From: a virus
Taxonomy: Duplodnaviria; Heunggongvirae; Uroviricota; Caudoviricetes
Direction: 5' to 3' (one strand)
IMG/VR virus record: IMGVR_UViG_3300042154_004306
DNA length: 64,000 bases
Below are positions 30,754 to 39,566 of this stretch, piece after piece. The notes beneath the pieces were generated by a model. That model searched no databases. It was given only the letters and a program-made list of their open reading frames with translations, and had not been told where the DNA came from. A program made the position numbers and the translations under genes. Position 1 is the first letter of the stretch. Every line of letters begins with the position of its first letter.

Positions 30754-33558
30754 ATGTCATTAATAAAAGCGCACACTTCGATAATTGGAGATACTGGCTA
30801 TAACTGCCATTCACGAAATTTCTTCAAAGCTTTAAATAAACACATCCCAGTCCAGGTTAGAAATTGGACGGTCGGTGAATCTTGGAAAGGATACCAAACC
30901 GATAGCCCACATGACGGTGAGTACTATATGGATGATGAACTGCGAACAATGCTCGATTCACAAAGCCTAATAGAGCCTAGTGGCCAATCCAAGGGCTATC
31001 CTCTCTATCGGAACTACCGGCAAGAGACTTCCGGTCAACCGGTTAACATCATTCTAAATGATAATCGACATGAGTACTTTTTTCAAAATTATTCAGGCCC
31101 AAAGATTGCATATAACGTTTGGGAAACAACTCAGCAGCCTAAAGAATTTTTTGAGAGATTAAAGACGATGGATCAGGTTTGGGTTCCAAGTAAATGGCAA
31201 CGAGATTGCACAGTTGAGCAGGGAATTCCGGCCGCTCTGGTCAAAATCGTGCCAGAGGGAGTTGATGCTTCCATGTTTTTTCCAAGAACTAGAGAAGTGA
31301 TTGACCCAAGCGGTCGAACCTTTAAATTCGTATTGATAGGCCGTTGGGAATATCGTAAAGCGACTAGAGAGATCATTCAAGCATTCACTCAAACCTTTAG
31401 CGAAGACGAACCAGTAGAATTAATTATCAATGTGGATAACGGATTCGCAACAGACGGCCTATCCTCAACTGAGGAACGCCTTGAAAAATTCGGCATCAAG
31501 CATGCAGGCATCAAAGTGATTCATCACATAACCAAACAGGAATACGTCGACCTACTTAATTCAGCTGACGTGTTTGTGTCTTGTGCCAGAAGCGAAGGTT
31601 GGAACCTACCTCTAATTGAGGCAATGGCCAGCGGAGTTCCATCGATATACAGTAATTGGGGAGCTCAATTGGAGTTTGCAGAAGGCAAGGGAATCCCAGT
31701 CAAAATAGTTGGAGAAGTTCCAGCAGCGGCACAGAATGAAGAATCTTGGGATTCAAGCTCTCCTGGTAATTTTGCAGAGCCGGACTTTGCGGATTTACGC
31801 CTAAAACTTAGAGACTCCTATGAAAATTTCACAGCACATAAGGCAAAAGCTCTACTAGACTCCGATGAAATTCGTAGAGTTTTTAGCTGGGAAAATGCTG
31901 CAATAATCGCATTAGATCACATTAGAGAGGTGCTAGCCTCCAGTACAATTGAATACTCATCTGACTTTGCATGGGTGACCTGTGGGAACGAGAAGTACAT
32001 GCCGTTAATTCAGAAGTTAGCTACTTCGCTAGACCTATTTTCCAAGCGAAAATTAATCGTATATGGAATAGATTGTGAAGTCCCCAATATGGGACCAAAC
32101 GTAATCGGTCGAACCTTGTCAATTCAATATCACTCAGAACATGATAAGTGGTACTGGAAGCAATCTGCATGCCTTGAATCACTAAACGAAGAATTTGAGA
32201 ATTTTATTTGGGTCGACGGCGATATTGTTGCGAATTACACGATCGATAATATTGCCGAGTACTTTAATTTAGTTGATAATTATCCAGTACCAGACGTCCA
32301 CATACAAGAAGATTTCGTGGGTTGGCATACAAAACCGGACGGAACTCTAGGTGAGCAATTATTCAATCAAAATATTTGCGAAAAAGAGAAAATTCCTAGA
32401 CTTGCAACAAAGTCTCACATTTGCCTCTACCTCTATAATAAGAAGTGTGATTGGTGGTTTGCTGAGATTTTAGAAACCTATAAGAACACAAAACCTGAAG
32501 AGTATGGCTTCTACTTCCAATGGAATGATGAGGGTATTGATAACTACTTACGCTGCAAGTATAACTTTCAAAAATTTCTACCAATCTCTAACTTCGATGT
32601 TTCTGAATGGGATGGAGAGATTCAAGGATCTAATGGCAAAGCAATGGAACATTTCCTGTCTTTTTGGAGAGAAAACGGGCCAAAGAACTTCGGTAAAATA
32701 TACGGATGGCAAAGAATTCCAGCAGATAAATCAAAAATTCTCTATTTTCATGGAAACAAAAATCTAGACTTTGCACAAACCATGATAGACTATGTCAAAT
32801 TCCAAAGAGACGGCTCATTTTTTGACTCGGAATACTTTTTTGTTGCTGACAATCAAATAAAGAATTTGGGAGAGATTCGTAATGCTCACGGATCAACCAT
32901 GGATATTGCCCATCAATACGGCTGGGATTATGCAATCTATCATGAAATTTATAATTTAGGAGATTATGAACATCCTAGAGAGTCTGCTGAAAAATTAGTT
33001 AAGGTGAGACCTGGAGATGTAGTGGTCGATCTTGGAGGAAATATCGGAATATTTACCAGATACGCGTATCACATGGGAGCAAGTAAGATCATTACCTTTG
33101 AACCGGACCGTAGATACTTTAAGATACTAAAACAAAATGCCCCAGCCAATACAATTCTGTTTAATGCAGCAATCGGCAATGAGGTTGGCAAATTAAGATT
33201 AACTGAAAGCACTCATTTGGGAGGATCTAACCTATGGCATCATGCCGATCCGACTACGACACAATACGATGTTAATACCTACACCCTAAATTACCTACTA
33301 GATAACGGATTGATTGATAAAATCGATTTCTTAAAGGTTGATATTGAGGGCTCTGAGATTATTGCATTGGATGGAATAAGCGATGCTCATCTTTCGAATA
33401 TCAGAAATATCGCAGTTGAGTATCATCATGAACACCTAAAATTCGATGATGAACTTAGAAACAATTTCATTACTCGATTGAATCGACTTGGTTTTAATTC
33501 ATACATGCTAATGTGCGGCTATGATAATGCACTACAATTAATTTACTTCTGGAAATAA
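30754..33558 (+). CDS. Trifunctional protein: GT4 glycosyltransferase + GT-A glycosyltransferase + FkbM-type methyltransferase
   Basis: EGWNLPLIEAMASG (GT4 E-x7-E); WVDGD and YFHG (GT-A); VVVDLGGNIG and FLKVDIEGSE (FkbM). Confidence 0.85.
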   Translation: MSLIKAHTSIIGDTGYNCHSRNFFKALNKHIPVQVRNWTVGESWKGYQTDSPHDGEYYMDDELRTMLDSQSLIEPSGQSKGYPLYRNYRQETSGQPVNIILNDNRHEYFFQNYSGPKIAYNVWETTQQPKEFFERLKTMDQVWVPSKWQRDCTVEQGIPAALVKIVPEGVDASMFFPRTREVIDPSGRTFKFVLIGRWEYRKATREIIQAFTQTFSEDEPVELIINVDNGFATDGLSSTEERLEKFGIKHAGIKVIHHITKQEYVDLLNSADVFVSCARSEGWNLPLIEAMASGVPSIYSNWGAQLEFAEGKGIPVKIVGEVPAAAQNEESWDSSSPGNFAEPDFADLRLKLRDSYENFTAHKAKALLDSDEIRRVFSWENAAIIALDHIREVLASSTIEYSSDFAWVTCGNEKYMPLIQKLATSLDLFSKRKLIVYGIDCEVPNMGPNVIGRTLSIQYHSEHDKWYWKQSACLESLNEEFENFIWVDGDIVANYTIDNIAEYFNLVDNYPVPDVHIQEDFVGWHTKPDGTLGEQLFNQNICEKEKIPRLATKSHICLYLYNKKCDWWFAEILETYKNTKPEEYGFYFQWNDEGIDNYLRCKYNFQKFLPISNFDVSEWDGEIQGSNGKAMEHFLSFWRENGPKNFGKIYGWQRIPADKSKILYFHGNKNLDFAQTMIDYVKFQRDGSFFDSEYFFVADNQIKNLGEIRNAHGSTMDIAHQYGWDYAIYHEIYNLGDYEHPRESAEKLVKVRPGDVVVDLGGNIGIFTRYAYHMGASKIITFEPDRRYFKILKQNAPANTILFNAAIGNEVGKLRLTESTHLGGSNLWHHADPTTTQYDVNTYTLNYLLDNGLIDKIDFLKVDIEGSEIIALDGISDAHLSNIRNIAVEYHHEHLKFDDELRNNFITRLNRLGFNSYMLMCGYDNALQLIYFWK

Positions 33559-33569
33559 ACCCATTTAAA

Positions 33570-34238
33570 ATGAGATCATTAGATAAAATAGCAAAAGCAA
33601 AGGGCACAGATAAATCTTCAGAGCTTCATAACTACTGTGAAAAGTACGAAAAATATTTGCCATTCAATAGATTAGAACCTATTACTCTATTGGAAATTGG
33701 AGTGCTTAACGCAGAATCTCTTGCGACTTGGAGAGAATACTATCCCAATGCAACAATCATCGGCATTGATATTAATCCGGATTGCAAGCAGTATGAAGAT
33801 CAACCGAATAATGTATTCGTTGAAATAGGTTCACAGTATGATGAGGCTTTCCTAAAGTCAATAGTTGATAAATGGGGACCTTTTGATATTGTACTAGATG
33901 ACGGTTCTCACATGAATCACCATGTAATCTTTTCATTTGAACAGCTATTTAGTTCAATCAAACCTTCTGGAGTATACGTTGTCGAGGATGCATGCACTTC
34001 ATATTGGCCAGACTACGGAGGCGGCACTAAAAAACCTGGCACAATGATAGAATACTTCAAAGACCGAGTAGATGAAGTTAATTTCGGCGGAGAATGGCAA
34101 GAGTCCATCACACACAGTCACGCACGTCGTGAAGACTTGTTAATTGAACAATTCAAACGAAAGGGCTATAATTTCATAGGAACTCAAGTCGAGTCCTTAA
34201 ATTTCCTAAACAGCATAATCATAATAACAAAAAGATAA
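33570..34238 (+). CDS. Class I SAM-dependent O-methyltransferase (MycE/TylE sugar-O-methyltransferase-like)
   Basis: TDKS..HNY, LLEIGV, FDIVLDDGSH and GVYVVED motifs. Confidence 0.8.
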   Translation: MRSLDKIAKAKGTDKSSELHNYCEKYEKYLPFNRLEPITLLEIGVLNAESLATWREYYPNATIIGIDINPDCKQYEDQPNNVFVEIGSQYDEAFLKSIVDKWGPFDIVLDDGSHMNHHVIFSFEQLFSSIKPSGVYVVEDACTSYWPDYGGGTKKPGTMIEYFKDRVDEVNFGGEWQESITHSHARREDLLIEQFKRKGYNFIGTQVESLNFLNSIIIITKR

Positions 34239-34246
34239 CAATTATA

Positions 34247-37024
34247 ATGGCACACAAAGAACAGCAGGACTTTTGTAAAAAAATGAAAGCTAATTTTCCA
34301 AAATACTTTCAAAATAAAAAAGTATTAGATATTGGCTCCCTAGACGTTAATGGCAATAATCGATTCTTATTCGATGATTGCAACTATATTGGCCTTGACG
34401 TCGGAGATGGTAAAAACGTTGATGTAGTTTTTCCAGGCCATAAGTACGATGCTCCAGACGAGCAATTTGATGTAATTATCTCAACTGAAGTATTTGAACA
34501 TGATATGTATTATGAATCAACCATTCAAAATATTATCAGAATGCTAAAACCTGGAGGAATGTTTATTTTTACATGTGCTTCAGGTCAACGCCCTGAGCAT
34601 GGAACACTTCGCCGTGGAGAGCATGACGCTCCATTATTAATTCAGCAATCTCCAGAATGGGCAAATTACTATAAAAATTTAGAGAAGGAAGACTTTTTAG
34701 CAATTAATGAGTTTAAGAATGCATTCCCTGATGGAATATTCGAAGTAGGTTCACATGGCATGTATAACCACGAATGGGATGATCAGCTAATGCACAATAT
34801 TCATTCTGACATTTATTTCTTTGGAGTTAAAGGCGGCATTGCAAACGACCTTAAATTTTCACCAGACCACAGGCCGTCTCAAACTCAACCTGGAGAATAT
34901 TCAGACGATATTTTTGTTGTTGACACCTGGCCCAACACTCCAGAAAAGGAGGCTGATCTTATTGAGTGCATTAGGAAACTTAGAGAATTTAGCGGCATTC
35001 CGATCTTGTTAGTGTCTCACTATGCAATAAAACCTGAAATTCAAAAATTAGTAGATTACTATATTTTCGACAAAGATAATCCTCTTTTGCTAAACAAAGA
35101 TTTTGATTCAGTTAGCTCTTTTGCTAGCGGTAGATGGACTGCTACTAATGAATACCGAGTGGATAACTACATGGCCTACCATCATGATTATGCTATTTGG
35201 CAATCAATGACTCATGCCTTTAATTTTTGTAAGTATTTAGGTAAAAAGATGATACACTTTATGGAATACGATTGTCTGCTTGACACATTTCAGTATCGCC
35301 AAACCTTTTTAGAACAGGCTCGCAATCATGACGCCGTGATCTATGAATATCGTAAAGGTTCTGCAGCAGATCAACACCTATCTGCGTACATGGCAACCTA
35401 CATATTTTCAATAAAAACTGATATTGCCGTTGAGATGATGAAGCAGGTAAATTCAATTCAAGAATACTATTCGAATCGACCTGAAAGTTGGCAGCTTGAA
35501 AGACTTTTCTTAAGGTGCTTAACTGAACAAACTTCCAACATTCTAGTAAGTAAATACATTGCAAACTCAAACGAATTAAATACTCAAGCAGTTTGGAATA
35601 GAGATGGAATTCTCAGAAATGATGCAAAATTCCAGGTTTATCCATGTGCTGATGTAAATGGCAACTTTTACGTTCATCTTATTTCAGGATTTCACGAAGC
35701 GTCAGCTGATTCGGATTATCTACTTGAAATCAAATACGCAGGTCTCACTAAATTCGTAACTCTAACCATAGGTCAAATGACTCTAATTCACTTGGGAAAA
35801 TACAGTAAAGGTCAGACGATTAAAGTAAATTATTTAGGAGTTGAGGCATTCTCTGAATTTTTACAAGACGAGCTAGCCGAGTTCTTAAAAATGAATATTG
35901 TAACTTTGCCAAATGGTGCAGAACCTACGGTTGAAGTTTTTTATAATTTCGTGGACGGTGCATACGTTGAGATAAAATCAGATTCACCAAGTCCTTATAA
36001 AGTGTCATTTATCGATGATGATTCTGGTGTTACCCATTTTTCGACAACCCTTACTTCCGGTCATTGGGCTAAAACCGGGATCCAGTACTTCAAGAATTGG
36101 AGAATCGAGATTACGGACTCATTTAATAAGGTAATCGAGTCCGCTAAATATGACGCTGCCGGCCAACGAGTTTACATCGCCCTTGAGTCAAAAGCGCTAG
36201 GTGATACTTTTGCATGGCTGCCGTATGTTGAGGAGTTTAGAAAAAAGCATGATTGCGCAGTAATCTGCTCAACATTTCATAATCAATTATTTAAAGCGAC
36301 TTATCCAAATATCGGGTTCATTGAGCCAGGTAGTCCAATCGGTGGCGTGTACGCGCTTTACAGATTGGGTTGGTTTAACCATGGAGACCGCTTCGATGCG
36401 GACCGAAATCCTAGAGATTTTAAATTAGGTCCTTTGCAACGAACTGCTTCTGATATATTAGGTTTAGAGTATCGAGAGGTTAGACCGGTAATTTACCGCC
36501 CTGCTCGAAAATTGACAAAGAAGGTAGGCCTTGGAATTCACAGCACAGCTCAAGCAAAATATTGGAATAACTCAACTGGCTGGCAAGAGGTTACTGATTG
36601 GCTAATCGAAAATGGATATGAGCCCGTAATCTTGTCTAGGGAAGAAGACGGCTACATGGGAAATCCAAATCCAGTTGGAGCTGTTCAGCTTGTGCCAGGC
36701 CCGTTAAAGAGCGTCATTCACGAACTCTCTGAGTGTCAAGCATTCATAGGTATCAGTAGTGGATTGACCTGGTTAGCATGGGCTACCGATACGCCAACTG
36801 TTCAAATTTCCGGATTCACGGAACCTTTCAATGAGCCTAATGAGGGTATTATTAAGATATCTGCCCCAGCTGGCGCATGCTCAGGTTGTGCTAATCGATC
36901 AAAATTTGATCCAGGAGATTGGAACTGGTGCCCGGACCAAAAGGGCACGGACCGCCAATTTGAGTGCTCAAAATTAATCAGTGCAGACCGGGTAATCGCT
37001 AAACTAAGGGAGATTCTCGTATAG
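34247..37024 (+). CDS. Methyltransferase + unknown middle domain + Aah/TibC-like protein O-glycosyltransferase
   Basis: N-terminal VLDIGSLDVNG methyltransferase. C-terminal YNFVDGAYVEI...YFKNWRIEI barrel, ALGDTFAWLPYVEEFRKKHDC, FIGISSGLTWLAWA and CSGC...WCP...RQFEC four-Cys motif. Confidence 0.8.
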   Translation: MAHKEQQDFCKKMKANFPKYFQNKKVLDIGSLDVNGNNRFLFDDCNYIGLDVGDGKNVDVVFPGHKYDAPDEQFDVIISTEVFEHDMYYESTIQNIIRMLKPGGMFIFTCASGQRPEHGTLRRGEHDAPLLIQQSPEWANYYKNLEKEDFLAINEFKNAFPDGIFEVGSHGMYNHEWDDQLMHNIHSDIYFFGVKGGIANDLKFSPDHRPSQTQPGEYSDDIFVVDTWPNTPEKEADLIECIRKLREFSGIPILLVSHYAIKPEIQKLVDYYIFDKDNPLLLNKDFDSVSSFASGRWTATNEYRVDNYMAYHHDYAIWQSMTHAFNFCKYLGKKMIHFMEYDCLLDTFQYRQTFLEQARNHDAVIYEYRKGSAADQHLSAYMATYIFSIKTDIAVEMMKQVNSIQEYYSNRPESWQLERLFLRCLTEQTSNILVSKYIANSNELNTQAVWNRDGILRNDAKFQVYPCADVNGNFYVHLISGFHEASADSDYLLEIKYAGLTKFVTLTIGQMTLIHLGKYSKGQTIKVNYLGVEAFSEFLQDELAEFLKMNIVTLPNGAEPTVEVFYNFVDGAYVEIKSDSPSPYKVSFIDDDSGVTHFSTTLTSGHWAKTGIQYFKNWRIEITDSFNKVIESAKYDAAGQRVYIALESKALGDTFAWLPYVEEFRKKHDCAVICSTFHNQLFKATYPNIGFIEPGSPIGGVYALYRLGWFNHGDRFDADRNPRDFKLGPLQRTASDILGLEYREVRPVIYRPARKLTKKVGLGIHSTAQAKYWNNSTGWQEVTDWLIENGYEPVILSREEDGYMGNPNPVGAVQLVPGPLKSVIHELSECQAFIGISSGLTWLAWATDTPTVQISGFTEPFNEPNEGIIKISAPAGACSGCANRSKFDPGDWNWCPDQKGTDRQFECSKLISADRVIAKLREILV

Positions 37025-37034
37025 ATAATTCTAT

Positions 37035-37649
37035 ATGATATTAAACGCCAGACAGAACAGTTTTTTCATAAACTTCCCACCGGATTTCTTTAATCAGACG
37101 GTGCAAGATAAGTACAGTAAGTACTACCGAAGTTTATTATTGCCGTATAAATCGCTACCTGATTTCATGGCATCAACCGTGCAGACAATAAATTTTCCAG
37201 GATTCACATCGAGCCTACAGACCCAAACCAGAACATTGGGCAAGCTACAAGAGGTGCAAAGCTCAAAACCAATAGCAGACCAATTCACACGAGAGCTGAA
37301 AATAACTTTCAAGTTAACTGATGCCTATTTAAACTATTTCATCTTTTTAGATAATGCACTAAACTATCTTGAACCGGCAAACGTCTCACCTGAAAACTCT
37401 CAAAACTCGTTAGGCCAAGCTCTATCGGTACCTGCGACAGCTAACGGTAATCATCCGTTCTTTCATCCGATCAGGTTGACTCTATTAAATAATGAGGGTT
37501 ACGCGGTCTCTTCGATTATTTTCAACAGACCCATGCTAAAATCACTTAGTGAAATGAACTTATCGTATTCTTCGGTAACTCCTCAATTCACGACGTTCAC
37601 CACGACTTTCCAATATTATAATTTTGATTTAGAGCTAGACTTTGATTAA
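37035..37649 (+). CDS. Tail completion protein, T4 gp3-like (tail-tube fold)
   Basis: VQTINFPG...LKITFKL...NY...LTLLNN...SLSEMNLSY...TFQY pattern. Confidence 0.6.
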   Translation: MILNARQNSFFINFPPDFFNQTVQDKYSKYYRSLLLPYKSLPDFMASTVQTINFPGFTSSLQTQTRTLGKLQEVQSSKPIADQFTRELKITFKLTDAYLNYFIFLDNALNYLEPANVSPENSQNSLGQALSVPATANGNHPFFHPIRLTLLNNEGYAVSSIIFNRPMLKSLSEMNLSYSSVTPQFTTFTTTFQYYNFDLELDFD

Positions 37650-38386
37650 GGCTGCTCGTTCCAACCGGTTGAGATTGGATCTCCGCCTTCAGTGCGACGA
37701 CTAACATTAATTCTTTCCATAACATTAGAGCTTTTACGTTTAGATGTGGTTTCAAAACTAGGCAAGTAGGTTTCAACATCCATCGATAAGTTAATATTAA
37801 TTTTGTTATTGTCGGTCAGTGTAAATTTATATTGTTTCTCAACCGTTTCTGTTGCTGGAAACTGGAACTGCGCTGGAATTCGGACTCCATTGTACTGAAA
37901 GTAAACCACCCGATTTGCGTAGTTAAGGTGCAGCATGTTCTCAGCGATTTTGAAAGCCTTGTTCAAATTATCACAAATAATCTTTATTTCAAATTTAACC
38001 GACATCGGAAAGGAGAATAGTTGAGCAGAATATCCAGTTAAGACATTTTGGTCATTATCGCCCCTTTCAGTTTCAGTAAAACTACCTCTAACAAACTTAT
38101 TAGTAATGTCTGATGTTTTTACCTGAAAGCTAGATAGTGTAACAATACCTCTAGGAATAATATCATAGGTTCCTTCAGCTACTGGAATTCTGCAGTTATC
38201 AGGCAGTCCAATATAAAAATCTTTTAGGAAACCTTCGTCGGTTCCGTAATTATAAACGAAAGGCACTCTAAATTCTTCTCGATGATCTTCCCTAGCAATG
38301 GTCAATACCATTTCGCCGTTTAGTAGATCAAGTAGAGCAATCGTTAAGTTCCTTAGGAAAATGTCATCTGTGTTAAGAGTCTTCAT
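37646..38386 (-). CDS. Tail sheath terminator/stabilizer, T4 gp15-like
   Basis: LRNLTIALLDLL, VPFVY, IPRG and PMSVKFEIKI pattern; adjacent to the gp3-like gene. Confidence 0.65.
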   Translation of the reverse strand: MKTLNTDDIFLRNLTIALLDLLNGEMVLTIAREDHREEFRVPFVYNYGTDEGFLKDFYIGLPDNCRIPVAEGTYDIIPRGIVTLSSFQVKTSDITNKFVRGSFTETERGDNDQNVLTGYSAQLFSFPMSVKFEIKIICDNLNKAFKIAENMLHLNYANRVVYFQYNGVRIPAQFQFPATETVEKQYKFTLTDNNKININLSMDVETYLPSFETTSKRKSSNVMERINVSRRTEGGDPISTGWNEQP

Positions 38387-38390
38387 GAAG

Positions 38391-39044
38391 TTATTTATTT
38401 GAGCTCACTCGACCCAATAGATAACCCTCTTTGGCATAATGATCAAGCTCGGCCAATTTAACCTTGACAGGTTTTTCACCAGGCCGGTGCATCCACCTTG
38501 TGCCGAATTGACTATTTTTTTCGCCACTCTGTTGTATTGAGTTCGCGGTTGCAATCTTTTTCCGGGTCTCATCCGAGTGAGATCTACCTGACCAGTCTGG
38601 AGTTTTTGCAATCTTACCGTTTAGATAGGCCCTTTTATTTGCAATCGACATTTTTAGAGAGTGAGCCTCCGCGTAGTCAAGGTCTTCCTTGATTAGGGCT
38701 GCTGTACGCTGTCCACCAGCTGACGCGCATTTAATCTGATGTGAGTCATTGATGAATCCTCCGTCTCCACCTAGTCTAAGATTCATGCACATTGGATCAG
38801 ACAGCATATCTTCATTGACTAATTCTCTTTCCCTAGTTTTTAATTCAAGTCGGTCTGATAAAAATTCAAGAATCTCAAGTGTGTGATTAGTTCTTCCGTG
38901 TTTATTAATGGAAAGCCATAATCTACGGCCACTCCCAATATAGCAATCCTTCAAATTAGATGTTGAATGCATGCCTATGTAATATTTACTAGTTACAGAG
39001 CAAGTCGTCTTATAAATGTAATGATATTTGTGTTGTTTTGACAT
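38391..39044 (-). mobile_element. Free-standing GIY-YIG homing endonuclease (Seg-like) with a NUMOD3 motif
   Basis: YIYKTT...YYIGMH...YIGSG, later conserved E and MNL; HSDETRKKIA NUMOD3-like motif. Confidence 0.85.
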
Positions 39045-39046
39045 AA

Positions 39047-39094
39047 TTTGACACTCAGTCTTTTGTTTTTATTTATATAAGACCGAGTGCCAAA
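39047..39094 (-). promoter_or_regulatory. 14-bp RNA hairpin with a TATAAATA late promoter in its loop, ending 2 nt before the endonuclease ATG
   Basis: Arms 39081-39094 and 39047-39060 pair fully on the minus strand, with two G-U pairs. TATAAATA at 39070-39077. Confidence 0.8.
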
Positions 39095-39104
39095 ATAGTC
39101 ACAG

Positions 39105-39471
39105 TGGAGATGACGGGAATCGAACCCGTGTCCGTTTAACCTTCAACTACACCCTCGTTCACACGCTTGGTCCGATTTTCTAACTGGACAAAATATCTCA
39201 TTCCTTAACGACTTAGAGAGAAAAGTCGGTAGCGGTTCGACTTGGCCGCTACGCCATGCTGGTTTTGCAACTTTGGGTTAGTCAAGCAGTTGCCGCTTGG
39301 TCACTTATGCAGCTAAAAGCTCTTCAGCGACAGGAGTGTTAACGCCTTGGTTAACTAGGCTCCAGAAGTTAGTGTTGCCACTTAAAAATTGCGATACGTT
39401 TTAGCGAGTCTTAGCATCATCCTCGGCGTGCGAGCGTACCTGAACTGTCAACGTCAAAGCCAGGCATCCCC
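39105..39471 (-). ncRNA. ssrA: tmRNA
   Basis: 5' GGGGAUG pairs with 3' CAUCUCC-A (G3-U alanine identity); T-arm GGGUUCGAUUCCC; internal tag ORF 39379-39305 encodes GNTNFWSLVNQGVNTPVAEELLAA*. CCA is not fully encoded. Confidence 0.93.
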
Positions 39472-39481
39472 ATATAAGGTT

Positions 39482-39501
39482 ATTATACTACATTATTTAT
39501 A
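39482..39501 (-). promoter_or_regulatory. Tandem promoter elements for the tmRNA (TATAAATA and TAGTATAAT)
   Basis: Minus strand reads TATAAATAatgTAGTATAATaaccttatatGGGG. Confidence 0.6.
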
Positions 39502-39566
39502 AATGGTCAGTTGTCTCACAAGTTTAAACCCGCCTGATAAATAACCTAAAATAAGTCACCCTTTAA

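Noticed and set aside
37646-37649. Convergent genes sharing a TTAA double stop (also 11321-11324)
   Set aside because: Real, but adequately explained by genome compaction in AT-rich DNA.
39105-39135. Stand-alone tRNA suggested by the GGTTCGATTCCC T-arm
   Set aside because: No anticodon arm; the acceptor stem partner lies about 360 nt away with a tag ORF between, so this is a tmRNA.
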